Shown here one piece after another: positions 49,813 to 58,906 of a stretch of DNA of 64,000 nucleotides (its first letter is position 1; every line of letters starts with the position of its first letter). A model generated the notes under the pieces. The model did not search any database, had not been told where the DNA came from, and saw nothing but the letters and a program-made list of their open reading frames with translations. Origin of the DNA: Escherichia phage RB43; the sequence record NC_007023.1; one strand, 5' to 3'. The position numbers and the translations under genes are program-made.

Positions 49813-49862
49813 GAAGTTGTTCGACGGATAAGCCGGAAGAACTTAACCATAAGGTAAACATC

Positions 49863-50783
49863 ATGAAACTTGAATTAAACCGCTTCATCAAAGCCGCTGC
49901 TGCTGGCGACCAGTCAAAATACAAATCCCGTCGCGATACCCTGATTGACGATTTCTGTAATCTGCTGGGGTTCAAGCGCTGGCATACTCCGTCTATGCGT
50001 CCAGACTGTGATCCAAAATGGGATTACTTCAAATGGACTCCCCGCGATCGTGGTTATGTCGATAACGTCCGCGTAATGACATTCACTCATATGTACGCAA
50101 ATGCAATAATAGAAGTTGCCAAACGTAATAATTCTACGTACCCGAACGGGTGGAAGGTTGCAGAAGTCATTGAAACCCTGATGCAACTGCGCCGTGAATA
50201 TAAAGCTGGAATGATGATGCAACTGCGCCGTGAATATAAAGCTGGAATGATACGTAAATTGGAAGAACAATCCGAAAGACATGAATATAAAGAATGGTCT
50301 ATCGTCGCAAAATATCTGCTGAACATCACCTATTCGGTTTTCTGTCGCTTCGGAACAAAAGAAATCGGGTTCGGTTCTCATGATATCATTGCAGAAGCCC
50401 GTCATCGCCTGACATACGCGATCCTGAAAATTCAAAATTCCGGTGGTCTTGTTCTGGCTGCATTCTGTGATGAAATTGTGTACTACGGCGATCAGGTTGA
50501 AGTTGAAGGTGTTCACCACGAAAAATTCAACAAACTTGTGTTCGGACAATATAACAGCTATTCATACGGAAACGATATCCGCGTGATGATGCACCCGCGT
50601 ATTATGCTGGATATGGAAGGGTGGGAACCTGGACACGGGATCGGTGATATCGAAAGCCAGCGTGAACGCCGTGTTCGTTCTGTCGCAAAAGCTCGCGAAT
50701 TGATGACGGGTAGCCTTACTGATTACCTGTTCAGAACAAAAGAAGACGTTGAAAAAGAATTTGTTGACTTGTCGGGCGAATAG
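49863..50783 (+). CDS. hypothetical protein (306 aa) containing a 36-bp tandem duplication
   Basis: ORF; MQLRREYKAGMM / MQLRREYKAGMI duplicated in frame. Confidence 0.55.
   Translation: MKLELNRFIKAAAAGDQSKYKSRRDTLIDDFCNLLGFKRWHTPSMRPDCDPKWDYFKWTPRDRGYVDNVRVMTFTHMYANAIIEVAKRNNSTYPNGWKVAEVIETLMQLRREYKAGMMMQLRREYKAGMIRKLEEQSERHEYKEWSIVAKYLLNITYSVFCRFGTKEIGFGSHDIIAEARHRLTYAILKIQNSGGLVLAAFCDEIVYYGDQVEVEGVHHEKFNKLVFGQYNSYSYGNDIRVMMHPRIMLDMEGWEPGHGIGDIESQRERRVRSVAKARELMTGSLTDYLFRTKEDVEKEFVDLSGE
50181..50252 (+). repeat. tandem duplication, 2 x 36 bp (35/36 identical)
   Basis: ATGCAACTGCGCCGTGAATATAAAGCTGGAATGAT(G/A) repeated head to tail. Confidence 0.85.
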
Positions 50784-50819
50784 CGATAAGCTGTAATCAC
50801 TGAAAACAAGGAGATAACC

Positions 50820-51138
50820 ATGAATACCATTCACTGCCGCAAAGAGTTCGTTGAGTTCTATCACGGATCATGTACTGCTGCCGGAATCGAAAGGCATGTT
50901 GTTACCTCCTTGTGCGTCTGAAACTCTGTCAGAGAAAGGCAGAAAGAAAAACTTAGACCGTGTTTTCTTCACCGCTGATATAGGTTTAGCCCGTATCTAT
51001 GCTGGAAGGGCTGCACGGTCAATCGGTGGTGATCCGGTACTGTATCGGGTTGTGTGTCCAGTTGACGCGGTATGTATGAACGACGACAAAGGCGCGAGTG
51101 TTTATCATGCTGCATGGGCTTTTTGTGAGGAAATATAA
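50820..51138 (+). pseudogene. small Arr-like (F-Y-H-G motif) ADP-ribosyltransferase-fold candidate; needs +1 frame change
   Basis: ATG 50820 with strong SD AAGGAGATAACC gives MNTIHCRKEFVEFYHGS... then TGA after 33 codons; +1 frame continues ...RVFFTADIGLARIYAG...LYRVVCPVD to 51138; A3 run at 50890-50892. Confidence 0.4.
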
Positions 51139-51275
51139 TGGAAATTTTGGTTCCTTTACTTGTTATTATGTTTATCGTGGTTTGGGTTATTGGTCCACTC
51201 ATTTTCATAGGTTATATCCTTTCAGAACACCAAAAATTTAACGAATGTTTGCGAAAAGGAATAAAATATGAATGA
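51138..51275 (+). CDS. small hydrophobic membrane peptide (45 aa)
   Basis: ATG overlaps upstream stop (TAATG); MEILVPLLVIMFIVVWVIGPLIFIGYIL. Confidence 0.35.
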   Translation: MEILVPLLVIMFIVVWVIGPLIFIGYILSEHQKFNECLRKGIKYE

Positions 51276-51435
51276 TCGTGTTTTAGCAATTCTCGTTTTC
51301 CTTCTGGGGTATCGGGTTGAGGTGTTCGGTGGACACATGATGCTTAATGGTGACTTGACCGCAATTTGGATGGTTGCTGTTGGTGTTATGTTCACTTTCT
51401 TATCATTTGCGATTGTCAACGAGGCTACCCAATGA
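51268..51435 (+). CDS. small hydrophobic membrane peptide (55 aa)
   Basis: MNDRVLAILVFLLGY...IWMVAVGVMFTFLSFAIV; overlaps neighbours. Confidence 0.35.
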   Translation: MNDRVLAILVFLLGYRVEVFGGHMMLNGDLTAIWMVAVGVMFTFLSFAIVNEATQ

Positions 51436-51758
51436 AACTATTTCATGTAGTGTATAGCGGTATGGTTAATGTTGATGTTCCCTTGCTTTCCGTCGAAACG
51501 ATTGATACACTCGAAGGGAAGATCGGAAAACGTTTTAAAACTACCGTATCCGAAATCAGTACGGTGTTTGTTGACCATCCGTCAGATCTGGAAAATTTAA
51601 TCAACACTCTCGATGATTTACAAATCCCGTTTGCGGAAATTTTTCATCATCAATCGGGGCTGTATCTGATTGTGACATTTGTTCTAAAAAATGTTGACAG
51701 CAGAAATCCAGAAGTGCTAGATTTTATCCGTAACATTGATTCAAACAAAGGAAAGTGA
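51432..51758 (+). CDS. hypothetical protein (about 108 aa)
   Basis: ATG 51432 (ATGA overlap) preferred over ORF-track start. Confidence 0.45.
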   Translation: MKLFHVVYSGMVNVDVPLLSVETIDTLEGKIGKRFKTTVSEISTVFVDHPSDLENLINTLDDLQIPFAEIFHHQSGLYLIVTFVLKNVDSRNPEVLDFIRNIDSNKGK

Positions 51759-52099
51759 TTATGAAAATCGTTCAGCGTAATATCAGCGAAGTTAGCCAGG
51801 AAGAAAAAGTTCAGATCCATTTCAAATTCAATGATCTGAAACGTGGTTATGCAGAAATTGCCCGTGTTCATAAGTTGGACAATGGCGACATTTATATGAT
51901 TGTCCAAGAAATTGAACGAATCCGCGCTTTCCGTGCCGAAAACCCGAAAGTAAAACGTGTTCTTCGTCGTGTGTATGTGAATAAACATCGTAAGGCTGCG
52001 AAACCAGTTAAACCAAAACGCGAACCGCGTCCAGACAACAAACGCAAAGCAATTAACGGTGCTATGGCGCTGGCTTTCCAGGAAGCAGGTTTAGTGTAA
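51755..52099 (+). CDS. hypothetical basic protein (114 aa)
   Basis: Lys/Arg-rich C-terminus; possible nucleic-acid binding. Confidence 0.5.
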   Translation: MIMKIVQRNISEVSQEEKVQIHFKFNDLKRGYAEIARVHKLDNGDIYMIVQEIERIRAFRAENPKVKRVLRRVYVNKHRKAAKPVKPKREPRPDNKRKAINGAMALAFQEAGLV

Positions 52100-52108
52100 G
52101 GGGTTAAC

Positions 52109-52636
52109 ATGAGTCGTAGAAATATGGAACGCTGGAATACTATTGTAACCAGCAGTATCAAACCAGTTGCGCCAGCGTTCAAGGAAGTTGTAGAAGAAAC
52201 TCCAGTTAAAACACAGACTGTTGTATCTTTGTGTGAAGAAGATTTAGAGCACCGTCGCCGTGCGAATCAAATTGAATTCGATCTGCGTATTGCCCGTTCA
52301 TACAACAGTAAAAACGATGATGCGCGTAGCCGTAACCTGCAATTTGCTCTTACGTTGAGCGATTGGACTGTGTTAATGAGTCAAACTACTTGTGCGTATT
52401 CCGGTAAGGTGTTTAGCACTCGCGGAGACAGCCCGAACTCTCGAACGATGGAACGTATTAACCCGATGTTGGGTTATACCCCAGAAAACACGATCGCAGT
52501 GACAAAAGCCGCTAACAGTGAAAAATCATCACTTGATGCGTTCATGAAGGGTTCTGTAATCCTTCCTGAAGTAAAACTGAAATTGTTACGCAAAGCCGCG
52601 TACCAAATTGAAAAACAATTGAAAATTAAAGGTTAA
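52109..52636 (+). CDS. hypothetical protein (175 aa)
   Basis: ORF upstream of rnlB. Confidence 0.5.
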   Translation: MSRRNMERWNTIVTSSIKPVAPAFKEVVEETPVKTQTVVSLCEEDLEHRRRANQIEFDLRIARSYNSKNDDARSRNLQFALTLSDWTVLMSQTTCAYSGKVFSTRGDSPNSRTMERINPMLGYTPENTIAVTKAANSEKSSLDAFMKGSVILPEVKLKLLRKAAYQIEKQLKIKG

Positions 52637-52640
52637 TATT

Positions 52641-53684
52641 ATGTTTGTGAAATATTCTTCTCTTACGAACCATTATGAAGGTAAATTCATCAATGGTGTG
52701 ATCATGAATGGTTTGACGGGCGGTGTGTGGGTTGCTCGTGAAAAGATCCACGGTGCTAACTTTAGTCTGATTACTTCTGACGGCGAAAGGGTTATTCCGG
52801 CAAAGCGTAGCGGTGAAATCCTTCCTACTGAACAGTTTTACGGTTGCGAACCTGTTGTTGCCCGATATGCCCCAGCAATCCGCAAACTGTGGGATGTCAT
52901 CAATACCGCACAACAGGTTAGCGGGATTTACGTTGATTCTCTGGTAATTCAGGTGTATGGTGAATTTGCGGGGCGCGGTGTTCAGAAAGATGTTGATTAC
53001 GGTGAAAAAGATTTCTACGTGTTCGATATCCGCGTAAATGGTAAATTCCTGCATGATAACATCGTTGCGGTGTATGCAAAAACTGTTGGCTTGAAAATGG
53101 CCCCGCTGTTAGCATACGGTACTTTTGACGAGATCCGAGCACTTCCGATCACGTTTGATTCAGTGGTTAACCTGGCGAACTCCGGCGCGATTCCTGCACA
53201 TAACGGGGTTGAACCTGAATTCAAAAACTTCATGACGCTGAAAGATGGTGAAGGTGAGAACATCGCAGAAGGTTTTGTTATGAAGCCCGTACACCCTGCT
53301 TTCATGCCGAACGGTGAACGTGTTGCAATTAAATGCAAAACGACGAAGTTTAGCGAGAAGAAAAACAAACAAGCGAACCGCTTCAATGCTCCGGCTGAAC
53401 TGTCGGAAAATGATAAAGTTAAACTGGATGTGTTCACCTGCTACCTGACAGAAAACCGCGTTAAAAACGTCCTGTCTAAAATTGACAGCACGAACCTTAC
53501 CGCGAAAGACTTCGGTCGCGTCATGGGGCTGACTGTACAGGATGCTCTTGAAGAAATCGAACGCAACTACGGACCGTTTATCGAACAGTTTGAAAACCCG
53601 ACGCTGGCGAAGAAAACTTTCACCAACGAAGCCTCAAGCCTGATTCGTACAAACTGGGGCGCAATCCTGAACAATGAATTTTAA
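52641..53684 (+). CDS. rnlB: RNA ligase 2
   Basis: VAREKIHGANFSL (ligase KxHG motif), VAIKCKTTKFSEKK, GRVMGLTVQDALEE match T4 Rnl2. Confidence 0.85.
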   Translation: MFVKYSSLTNHYEGKFINGVIMNGLTGGVWVAREKIHGANFSLITSDGERVIPAKRSGEILPTEQFYGCEPVVARYAPAIRKLWDVINTAQQVSGIYVDSLVIQVYGEFAGRGVQKDVDYGEKDFYVFDIRVNGKFLHDNIVAVYAKTVGLKMAPLLAYGTFDEIRALPITFDSVVNLANSGAIPAHNGVEPEFKNFMTLKDGEGENIAEGFVMKPVHPAFMPNGERVAIKCKTTKFSEKKNKQANRFNAPAELSENDKVKLDVFTCYLTENRVKNVLSKIDSTNLTAKDFGRVMGLTVQDALEEIERNYGPFIEQFENPTLAKKTFTNEASSLIRTNWGAILNNEF

Positions 53685-54257
53685 AACTGTTCTCGAAAAC
53701 GCAAAAACGGCTACCCTGATCGGTAGCCGTGAACCCCCCGAACGTATAGCAAACATCGCTATCAAGATCGGACGGCATTAAGTGATCGAGACATTTTAGC
53801 TTATTCTGGTGGTGCTCCTGGAATGGATAGCCATTTCTTGTTTGACTACGCACCAGAAAGACGGCGCATAATTCTCCCTGAAAACGGTTTTAACGGGCTT
53901 TACTCGAATGGTATGGATATCATCGACTATAACGAGTTAGACACGTACAAAGCCGCTGACGAAGCGAGAAAGGTAGCTGGGAACTTCGATTACCAAAATG
54001 AATGGACACAAAGGCGTTATGCGAGAAATGCAGTTCAGATATTGCGCGAAAATTTAGACAGCCCGACTGACTTCGTGTTATTTTGGGCTATCGAAAAGGA
54101 TTTTTGTGTCAAGGGCGGTACGGCTATCGCAACACGCCTTGCACGATTATACGGTGTTCCCAGTTTCAACCTGTGGAAAGAAAACGTATTGAATGATGTT
54201 TGTGATACTTTGGGGATTAATATCAAACCTCCAACTTTGGATTTTCTCTGGTGCTAA
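53674..54257 (+). pseudogene. DprA/SLOG-like (Rossmann) protein candidate; needs 1-nt frame change near C6 run 53734-53739
   Basis: ATG 53674 gives MNFKTVLENAKTATLIGSREPP... then TAA; adjacent frame continues ...DILAYSGGAPGMDSHFL... to 54257. Confidence 0.4.
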
Positions 54258-54323
54258 CTCCCGAACAATCACGTAATTACGAACGCCTCTCAGTTGAAGA
54301 GGCACTTAAAAAGGTTAAGAACA

Positions 54324-54527
54324 ATGGTAGAGATCAACGGAATCGGGGTGAACCCGAACGCATTAATTTCAAAGAACGATCCTCGTTGCGGTCGTAGTCC
54401 TACGCTGGCAGAACGTGCGCGTAAGCTGGTAGAGGAAACAAACGGCAAGATGTTTGAAACATGCCGTGAAGAAATCACCCGCAACATTCTAAGTTTTCCA
54501 ACAAAACAATCATACACGTTGATATGA
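54324..54527 (+). CDS. hypothetical protein (about 67 aa)
   Basis: Internal ATG with AAGG SD preferred over ORF-track start. Confidence 0.35.
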   Translation: MVEINGIGVNPNALISKNDPRCGRSPTLAERARKLVEETNGKMFETCREEITRNILSFPTKQSYTLI

Positions 54528-54745
54528 AACGTTTTGTTGGTACGACGATGGGGCAAGAATGCACCAAACGTGCGTTTGATATGATCGGGGAATGGCTGAC
54601 CGAAGAAGGTTTAACCTATGAAACCCAAGCGGTAAGAACGTCTGCCGCAATACAATATGCAATGAGTAACCGCCGTATTTCAGGAAACGCCCCTGTAACT
54701 GAAAGAACTGGGTATAGCGAATACACGTATTTCATCACCTGGTAA
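54524..54745 (+). CDS. hypothetical protein (73 aa)
   Basis: ORF with overlapping start/stop. Confidence 0.4.
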   Translation: MKRFVGTTMGQECTKRAFDMIGEWLTEEGLTYETQAVRTSAAIQYAMSNRRISGNAPVTERTGYSEYTYFITW

Positions 54746-54832
54746 AAAAGTTTGAAATAGTTGTTGACGGGAGTTCTGATTATGATAAGATAGCTCCCGT
54801 AGACAAGACAACTAACCCAGAAGGAAAACATC

Positions 54833-55090
54833 ATGGAAATCAAATTAATCCCTACTTGCGCTGGTTACTGCTTGGCACTGAACGGTGTAGCAAACAACGG
54901 CAAAGGCTTACGGGCTAACGTTGAAGCAATGCTGAATGAACTGGCGTTGCGGAGTGAACCTGGGATGCAGTATGAGTATGATGACGTTGCAACCAGCGTT
55001 AAAATCTCTAATCTGGTGATGAATGGTGTTGACTGTGCGGGTGGTGGGATTGCTACATCGACTATGCAGACAATCGGGTTTTCTTACTGA
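54833..55090 (+). CDS. hypothetical protein (85 aa)
   Basis: ORF with GAAGGAAAA SD. Confidence 0.4.
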   Translation: MEIKLIPTCAGYCLALNGVANNGKGLRANVEAMLNELALRSEPGMQYEYDDVATSVKISNLVMNGVDCAGGGIATSTMQTIGFSY

Positions 55091-55109
55091 CCAGCAACTA
55101 AGGAATGTT

Positions 55110-55520
55110 ATGAAAGATTATATTTCAGAAGCAGAAGCGCTTGAAGAAAGCGGTTTTCAAGTCACCATTGACGATGAAGAAGATGGTGGCTATGATGGCG
55201 GTGTTATGTGGGGGCTTAAACGTCCACAACGTAAAACCCCTGTTCAATATTCTGATGGTTCAGTAAGATACGAAACGGTTGTTAAAGAAGTAAACGGGCG
55301 CGTCATTACGTCCGAACGGCAGAAGGACATTAAACAATTGTATGATGTCGCAAAAGCCGCTAAAGTAGGAACCGAGATTGTTTGTCCGGTGTGCAAAGAG
55401 AAACACAAGAAGACGACCTATCATAAGGTGTTCTGCTCTAATGGCAAAAAATCCAGGAAAGACTGCAAGAGTAAATACTGGAACACGATTCATCCTGAAC
55501 GTTTGGATCGTATCTTTTAA
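55110..55520 (+). CDS. hypothetical protein with C-terminal Cys/His cluster (about 136 aa)
   Basis: ATG 55110 with AAGGA SD; CPVCKEKHKK...HKVFCSNGKKSRKDC. Confidence 0.45.
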   Translation: MKDYISEAEALEESGFQVTIDDEEDGGYDGGVMWGLKRPQRKTPVQYSDGSVRYETVVKEVNGRVITSERQKDIKQLYDVAKAAKVGTEIVCPVCKEKHKKTTYHKVFCSNGKKSRKDCKSKYWNTIHPERLDRIF

Positions 55521-55542
55521 TCAAAACGTGGAGTACGTTTAA

Positions 55543-56973
55543 ATGCAAACTTTTAATGAACTGAATAGCATCATCACCTCAACCGATTCCTACAAAGTGT
55601 CTCACTGGATGCAGTATCCGCAAGGCACTGATGCAGCGATGTTCTATATCGAATCTCGCGGTGGTAAATTTGATGAAGTAGTAACCGCTGGCGTTAACTA
55701 CGTTGCGCGGGTTCTCGCTGAACCAATTACCATGAAGCAGGTTGAGTTAGCGCGGGTACTTTACCGTAAACACTTCGGAAAAGAGATCTTTAACTACGAA
55801 GGGTGGAAAAAGATTGCTGAACTGGGTTACACCCCTGTAATTTTCCGTGCGATCCCAGAAGGTACGGTGTTCCGGGAAAAATGCCGTGCGACTGTGTACG
55901 CCGAAAACGAATTCTCGTGGCTGGCTGGGTGGCTGGAGACAATGACGATTCGCGGTATTTGGTATCCGTCATCTGTAGCAACGCTATCGCGTGAGTGTAA
56001 AAAGGTTCTGGCACACTACCTGGATATGACTTCTGACCTTACTGGCGAAGCATATAACATCACACTGGGTACACGTCTGCATGATTTTGGGGCGCGGGGC
56101 GCGACCTCTGCTGAATCTGCTGGCATTGGTGGGCTGGCACACCTTTATAACTTCATCGGCACTGATACCGTAGAAGGGATGATTATGGCAATCAGCCTCT
56201 TTGCGGATTATCAAACACTGTTTGATGAAGTTGAAAACGTAGAAGTAGCTGGGGTTTCCATCCCTGCTCGTGAGCATTCAACTACGATTTCCTACGGTAA
56301 AGAAAACGAAGACGAAGCATATAAAAACAGCATTGAAATGTTCGGTGATGGGTTCTACGCTTGCGTATACGATTCATGGGACTACAAAGCCGCTGTTGAC
56401 CGGATCGATAGTTATAAAGAGAAAATCATTGCATCTGGCGGTGTGTTGGTAGTGCGTCCAGACTCAGGGGATATGATAGACAACATCATGTACACCTTGC
56501 GCAAACTGGGGCAAATCTTCGGATATACTGTCAACTCCAAAGGGTACAAAGTTCTTCATAACTCTGTTCGTATCATCCAGGGTGACGAGATCCACGGGCC
56601 TGAAACAATCAACCGTGTATTAAGCTGGATGGAAGCGAACAAATGGTCGAGCGAAAACATTGCGTTCGGTATGGGTGGCGGTTTGCTGCAAGAAGTTACC
56701 CGCGATACCCAGAAATATGCTGAAAAACTTTGCGCTATCCGTATCAACGGTGTGTGGAAAGGCGTTTACAAATGCCCGAAAGGTTCGGAATGGAAAAAGA
56801 GCAAGAAAGGTTTATTGATGACCATCACTAACGGGATGGAATTCAAGACAATCGATTCTCTCGAAGAATCTATTCCTGCTGGGTGGTTTGATGCGATGGT
56901 AACTTATTATGACAATGGTTATCTGAACAAAACTGACACTTTAGGGGAAATTCGTGAGCGTAGCCGGATTTAA
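55543..56973 (+). CDS. nadV: nicotinamide phosphoribosyltransferase (NAMPT)
   Basis: TDSYKVSHW, GTRLHDFGARGATS, VVRPDSGD, IQGDEI, FGMGGGLLQ are NAMPT signatures. Confidence 0.85.
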   Translation: MQTFNELNSIITSTDSYKVSHWMQYPQGTDAAMFYIESRGGKFDEVVTAGVNYVARVLAEPITMKQVELARVLYRKHFGKEIFNYEGWKKIAELGYTPVIFRAIPEGTVFREKCRATVYAENEFSWLAGWLETMTIRGIWYPSSVATLSRECKKVLAHYLDMTSDLTGEAYNITLGTRLHDFGARGATSAESAGIGGLAHLYNFIGTDTVEGMIMAISLFADYQTLFDEVENVEVAGVSIPAREHSTTISYGKENEDEAYKNSIEMFGDGFYACVYDSWDYKAAVDRIDSYKEKIIASGGVLVVRPDSGDMIDNIMYTLRKLGQIFGYTVNSKGYKVLHNSVRIIQGDEIHGPETINRVLSWMEANKWSSENIAFGMGGGLLQEVTRDTQKYAEKLCAIRINGVWKGVYKCPKGSEWKKSKKGLLMTITNGMEFKTIDSLEESIPAGWFDAMVTYYDNGYLNKTDTLGEIRERSRI

Positions 56974-57262
56974 TATCCGCGCCAACGATAACGGATCTGT
57001 AATCTTCTATAACAATCAGCCCCTTGTTGCTCGCAAGGGGCTTTTTTGTAAGTTAGTTGGGTATGGGTTCAAGTTGGAACAGGTGGATAATGCAACACTA
57101 AAAGAGATCGTGCGCATAGCCTATCTCCTGAAAGATAAGAAAGATGAACATAAGGCGGTTGCAATGCTGGAGAAATTGGGAGAAAATCATTGCTTCATCA
57201 TAAATCGTGGATACAAATACGATACAATCGCTTTATTTGAAAAAGGGCTTAGTGAACTATGA
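56954..57262 (+). CDS. hypothetical protein (102 aa)
   Basis: ORF between nadV and dam; start codon uncertain (GTG). Confidence 0.35.
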   Translation: MSVAGFNIRANDNGSVIFYNNQPLVARKGLFCKLVGYGFKLEQVDNATLKEIVRIAYLLKDKKDEHKAVAMLEKLGENHCFIINRGYKYDTIALFEKGLSEL

Positions 57263-58110
57263 ATTATTTGGGTGTGATACCTTACACGGGCAACAAACAG
57301 GATCTATTGCATAAGTTGTTTGAACTGTTTCCCGACCACCGACACTATCGTAGATTTGTCGATTGCTTCTGTGGTGGATTGAGCGTGTCGTTAAACGTTC
57401 CCAAACCAGTTCTAAGCAACGATTTCGATAAGACACTGATTGATGTATATAAGGTTCTTAAACGCGCTCCTGATCTCTCAGAGGTGCGAGAATTGATTGC
57501 TAAGAAGGGACTGAACAAAGAAAACAAAGATGCGTACCTGGCTTTTCGTGAAGAATACAACCAGCATCGCGATCCGCTGTGGCTGTACGTTCTGATCCTT
57601 CATTCATTCAGCAATGTCAACCGCACCAATGAGAAGGGAGAGTTTAACGCGCATTTTGGATACCGGACGATAAACGCATCAACGGTTAAGCGCTTTGAAC
57701 ACTTCAAGGCAAACGTAGCCGGAATTGAATTCACTTCTGGTTCTTACTCTGATATTGAAATCAGGGACACCGATTTTGTATACTGCGATCCTCCGTACCT
57801 GATTACGGATGCGGTGTATAATAAATTCTGGAATGCTGATCGCGAACGCGAGTTATACGCATTTCTTGACTCGCTTAACGAGCGGGGCATTTGGTTTGGA
57901 TTGTCCAACGTGACACACCATGCCGGAAAACAAAACGATATCCTGATTGAATGGATGAAGAAATACACCGTTCACAACCTGGATAAAAAGTATCTGTTAG
58001 GCCAGCATACAGAATCCTATGAGCAAAACAAAACTCAGGAGGTGTACGTGTGCAACTATCAGAAACGTGATGTAAATACATTCCCCTTAACACTCGATGA
58101 TTTAATGTAG
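57259..58110 (+). CDS. dam: DNA adenine methyltransferase
   Basis: Motif I DCFCGGLSV and motif IV DPPY. Confidence 0.85.
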   Translation: MNYLGVIPYTGNKQDLLHKLFELFPDHRHYRRFVDCFCGGLSVSLNVPKPVLSNDFDKTLIDVYKVLKRAPDLSEVRELIAKKGLNKENKDAYLAFREEYNQHRDPLWLYVLILHSFSNVNRTNEKGEFNAHFGYRTINASTVKRFEHFKANVAGIEFTSGSYSDIEIRDTDFVYCDPPYLITDAVYNKFWNADRERELYAFLDSLNERGIWFGLSNVTHHAGKQNDILIEWMKKYTVHNLDKKYLLGQHTESYEQNKTQEVYVCNYQKRDVNTFPLTLDDLM

Positions 58111-58116
58111 GTTAAC

Positions 58117-58389
58117 ATGTTTAAAATTTATGGTTATATTCCATCCGTTTATAATTGCGCTCCATGCCTGAACTGTAAGCGACTGCTGGACGCGAAAAAA
58201 CATGAATATGAATTCGTATCCGTTGCCGATTCCAAAGGCGAAGACGGGAAGCCGATCCTGAATGAATCGGTGATTGACGAACTCGAAGGACTGTTAGGAA
58301 CACGCCGGATGACCATGCCTCAGATTTTCCATGACGGGAAACACATTGGCGGGTTTGACCAACTTCGGGATTACGTTCGCACCCTGTGA
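58117..58389 (+). CDS. nrdC: thioredoxin/glutaredoxin
   Basis: MFKIYGY, TMPQIF, HIGGFDQLRDY match T4 NrdC. Confidence 0.8.
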   Translation: MFKIYGYIPSVYNCAPCLNCKRLLDAKKHEYEFVSVADSKGEDGKPILNESVIDELEGLLGTRRMTMPQIFHDGKHIGGFDQLRDYVRTL

Positions 58390-58408
58390 TAAATAATGAC
58401 ACCTTACT

Positions 58409-58906
58409 TTGAATGGTGTTATTATGCTGACGAAACGAATTACCAAAAAAGATTACCCCTCAATCAAGCAAGCTCTCTTTGACAAACAAGGGGGCTGCTG
58501 TGCTTTATGCAAGCGTCCTTTAGAGGGAGACATTGAAAAACATCACCTCGATCATGACCATGCTTTAGACGGCGAAAACGCCGGACGTGTGCGCGGCCTA
58601 CTGTGTAACCTATGCAACGGTACAGAAGGTATTGTAAAGCACAAATTTAACCGATCCGGTCTTGTGTCTCGTGATGTTGATTATATTGTCTGGTTGGAAA
58701 ACCTGCTTGCATATCTGAAACAAGATTATTCCGAAAACCGTATTCATGACAAATTCATACCAGATAAGGTAAAATGGTTTTCAAGACTTACCAAACCTGA
58801 TATGATTGCCGAAATGGTTTCTATGGGCTTCGAGTACGCCGAAAAAGACGAACGCAAAGCCTTAACCGCAAAATATAGAAAGCAATTAATGAAGGCAACG
58901 AAATGA
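58409..58906 (+). CDS. 49: endonuclease VII (Holliday junction resolvase)
   Basis: CALCKRPLEGDIEKHHLDHDHALDGENAGRVRGLLCNLCNGTEGIVKHKFNRSG near-identical to T4 gp49 motifs. Confidence 0.85.
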   Translation: MNGVIMLTKRITKKDYPSIKQALFDKQGGCCALCKRPLEGDIEKHHLDHDHALDGENAGRVRGLLCNLCNGTEGIVKHKFNRSGLVSRDVDYIVWLENLLAYLKQDYSENRIHDKFIPDKVKWFSRLTKPDMIAEMVSMGFEYAEKDERKALTAKYRKQLMKATK

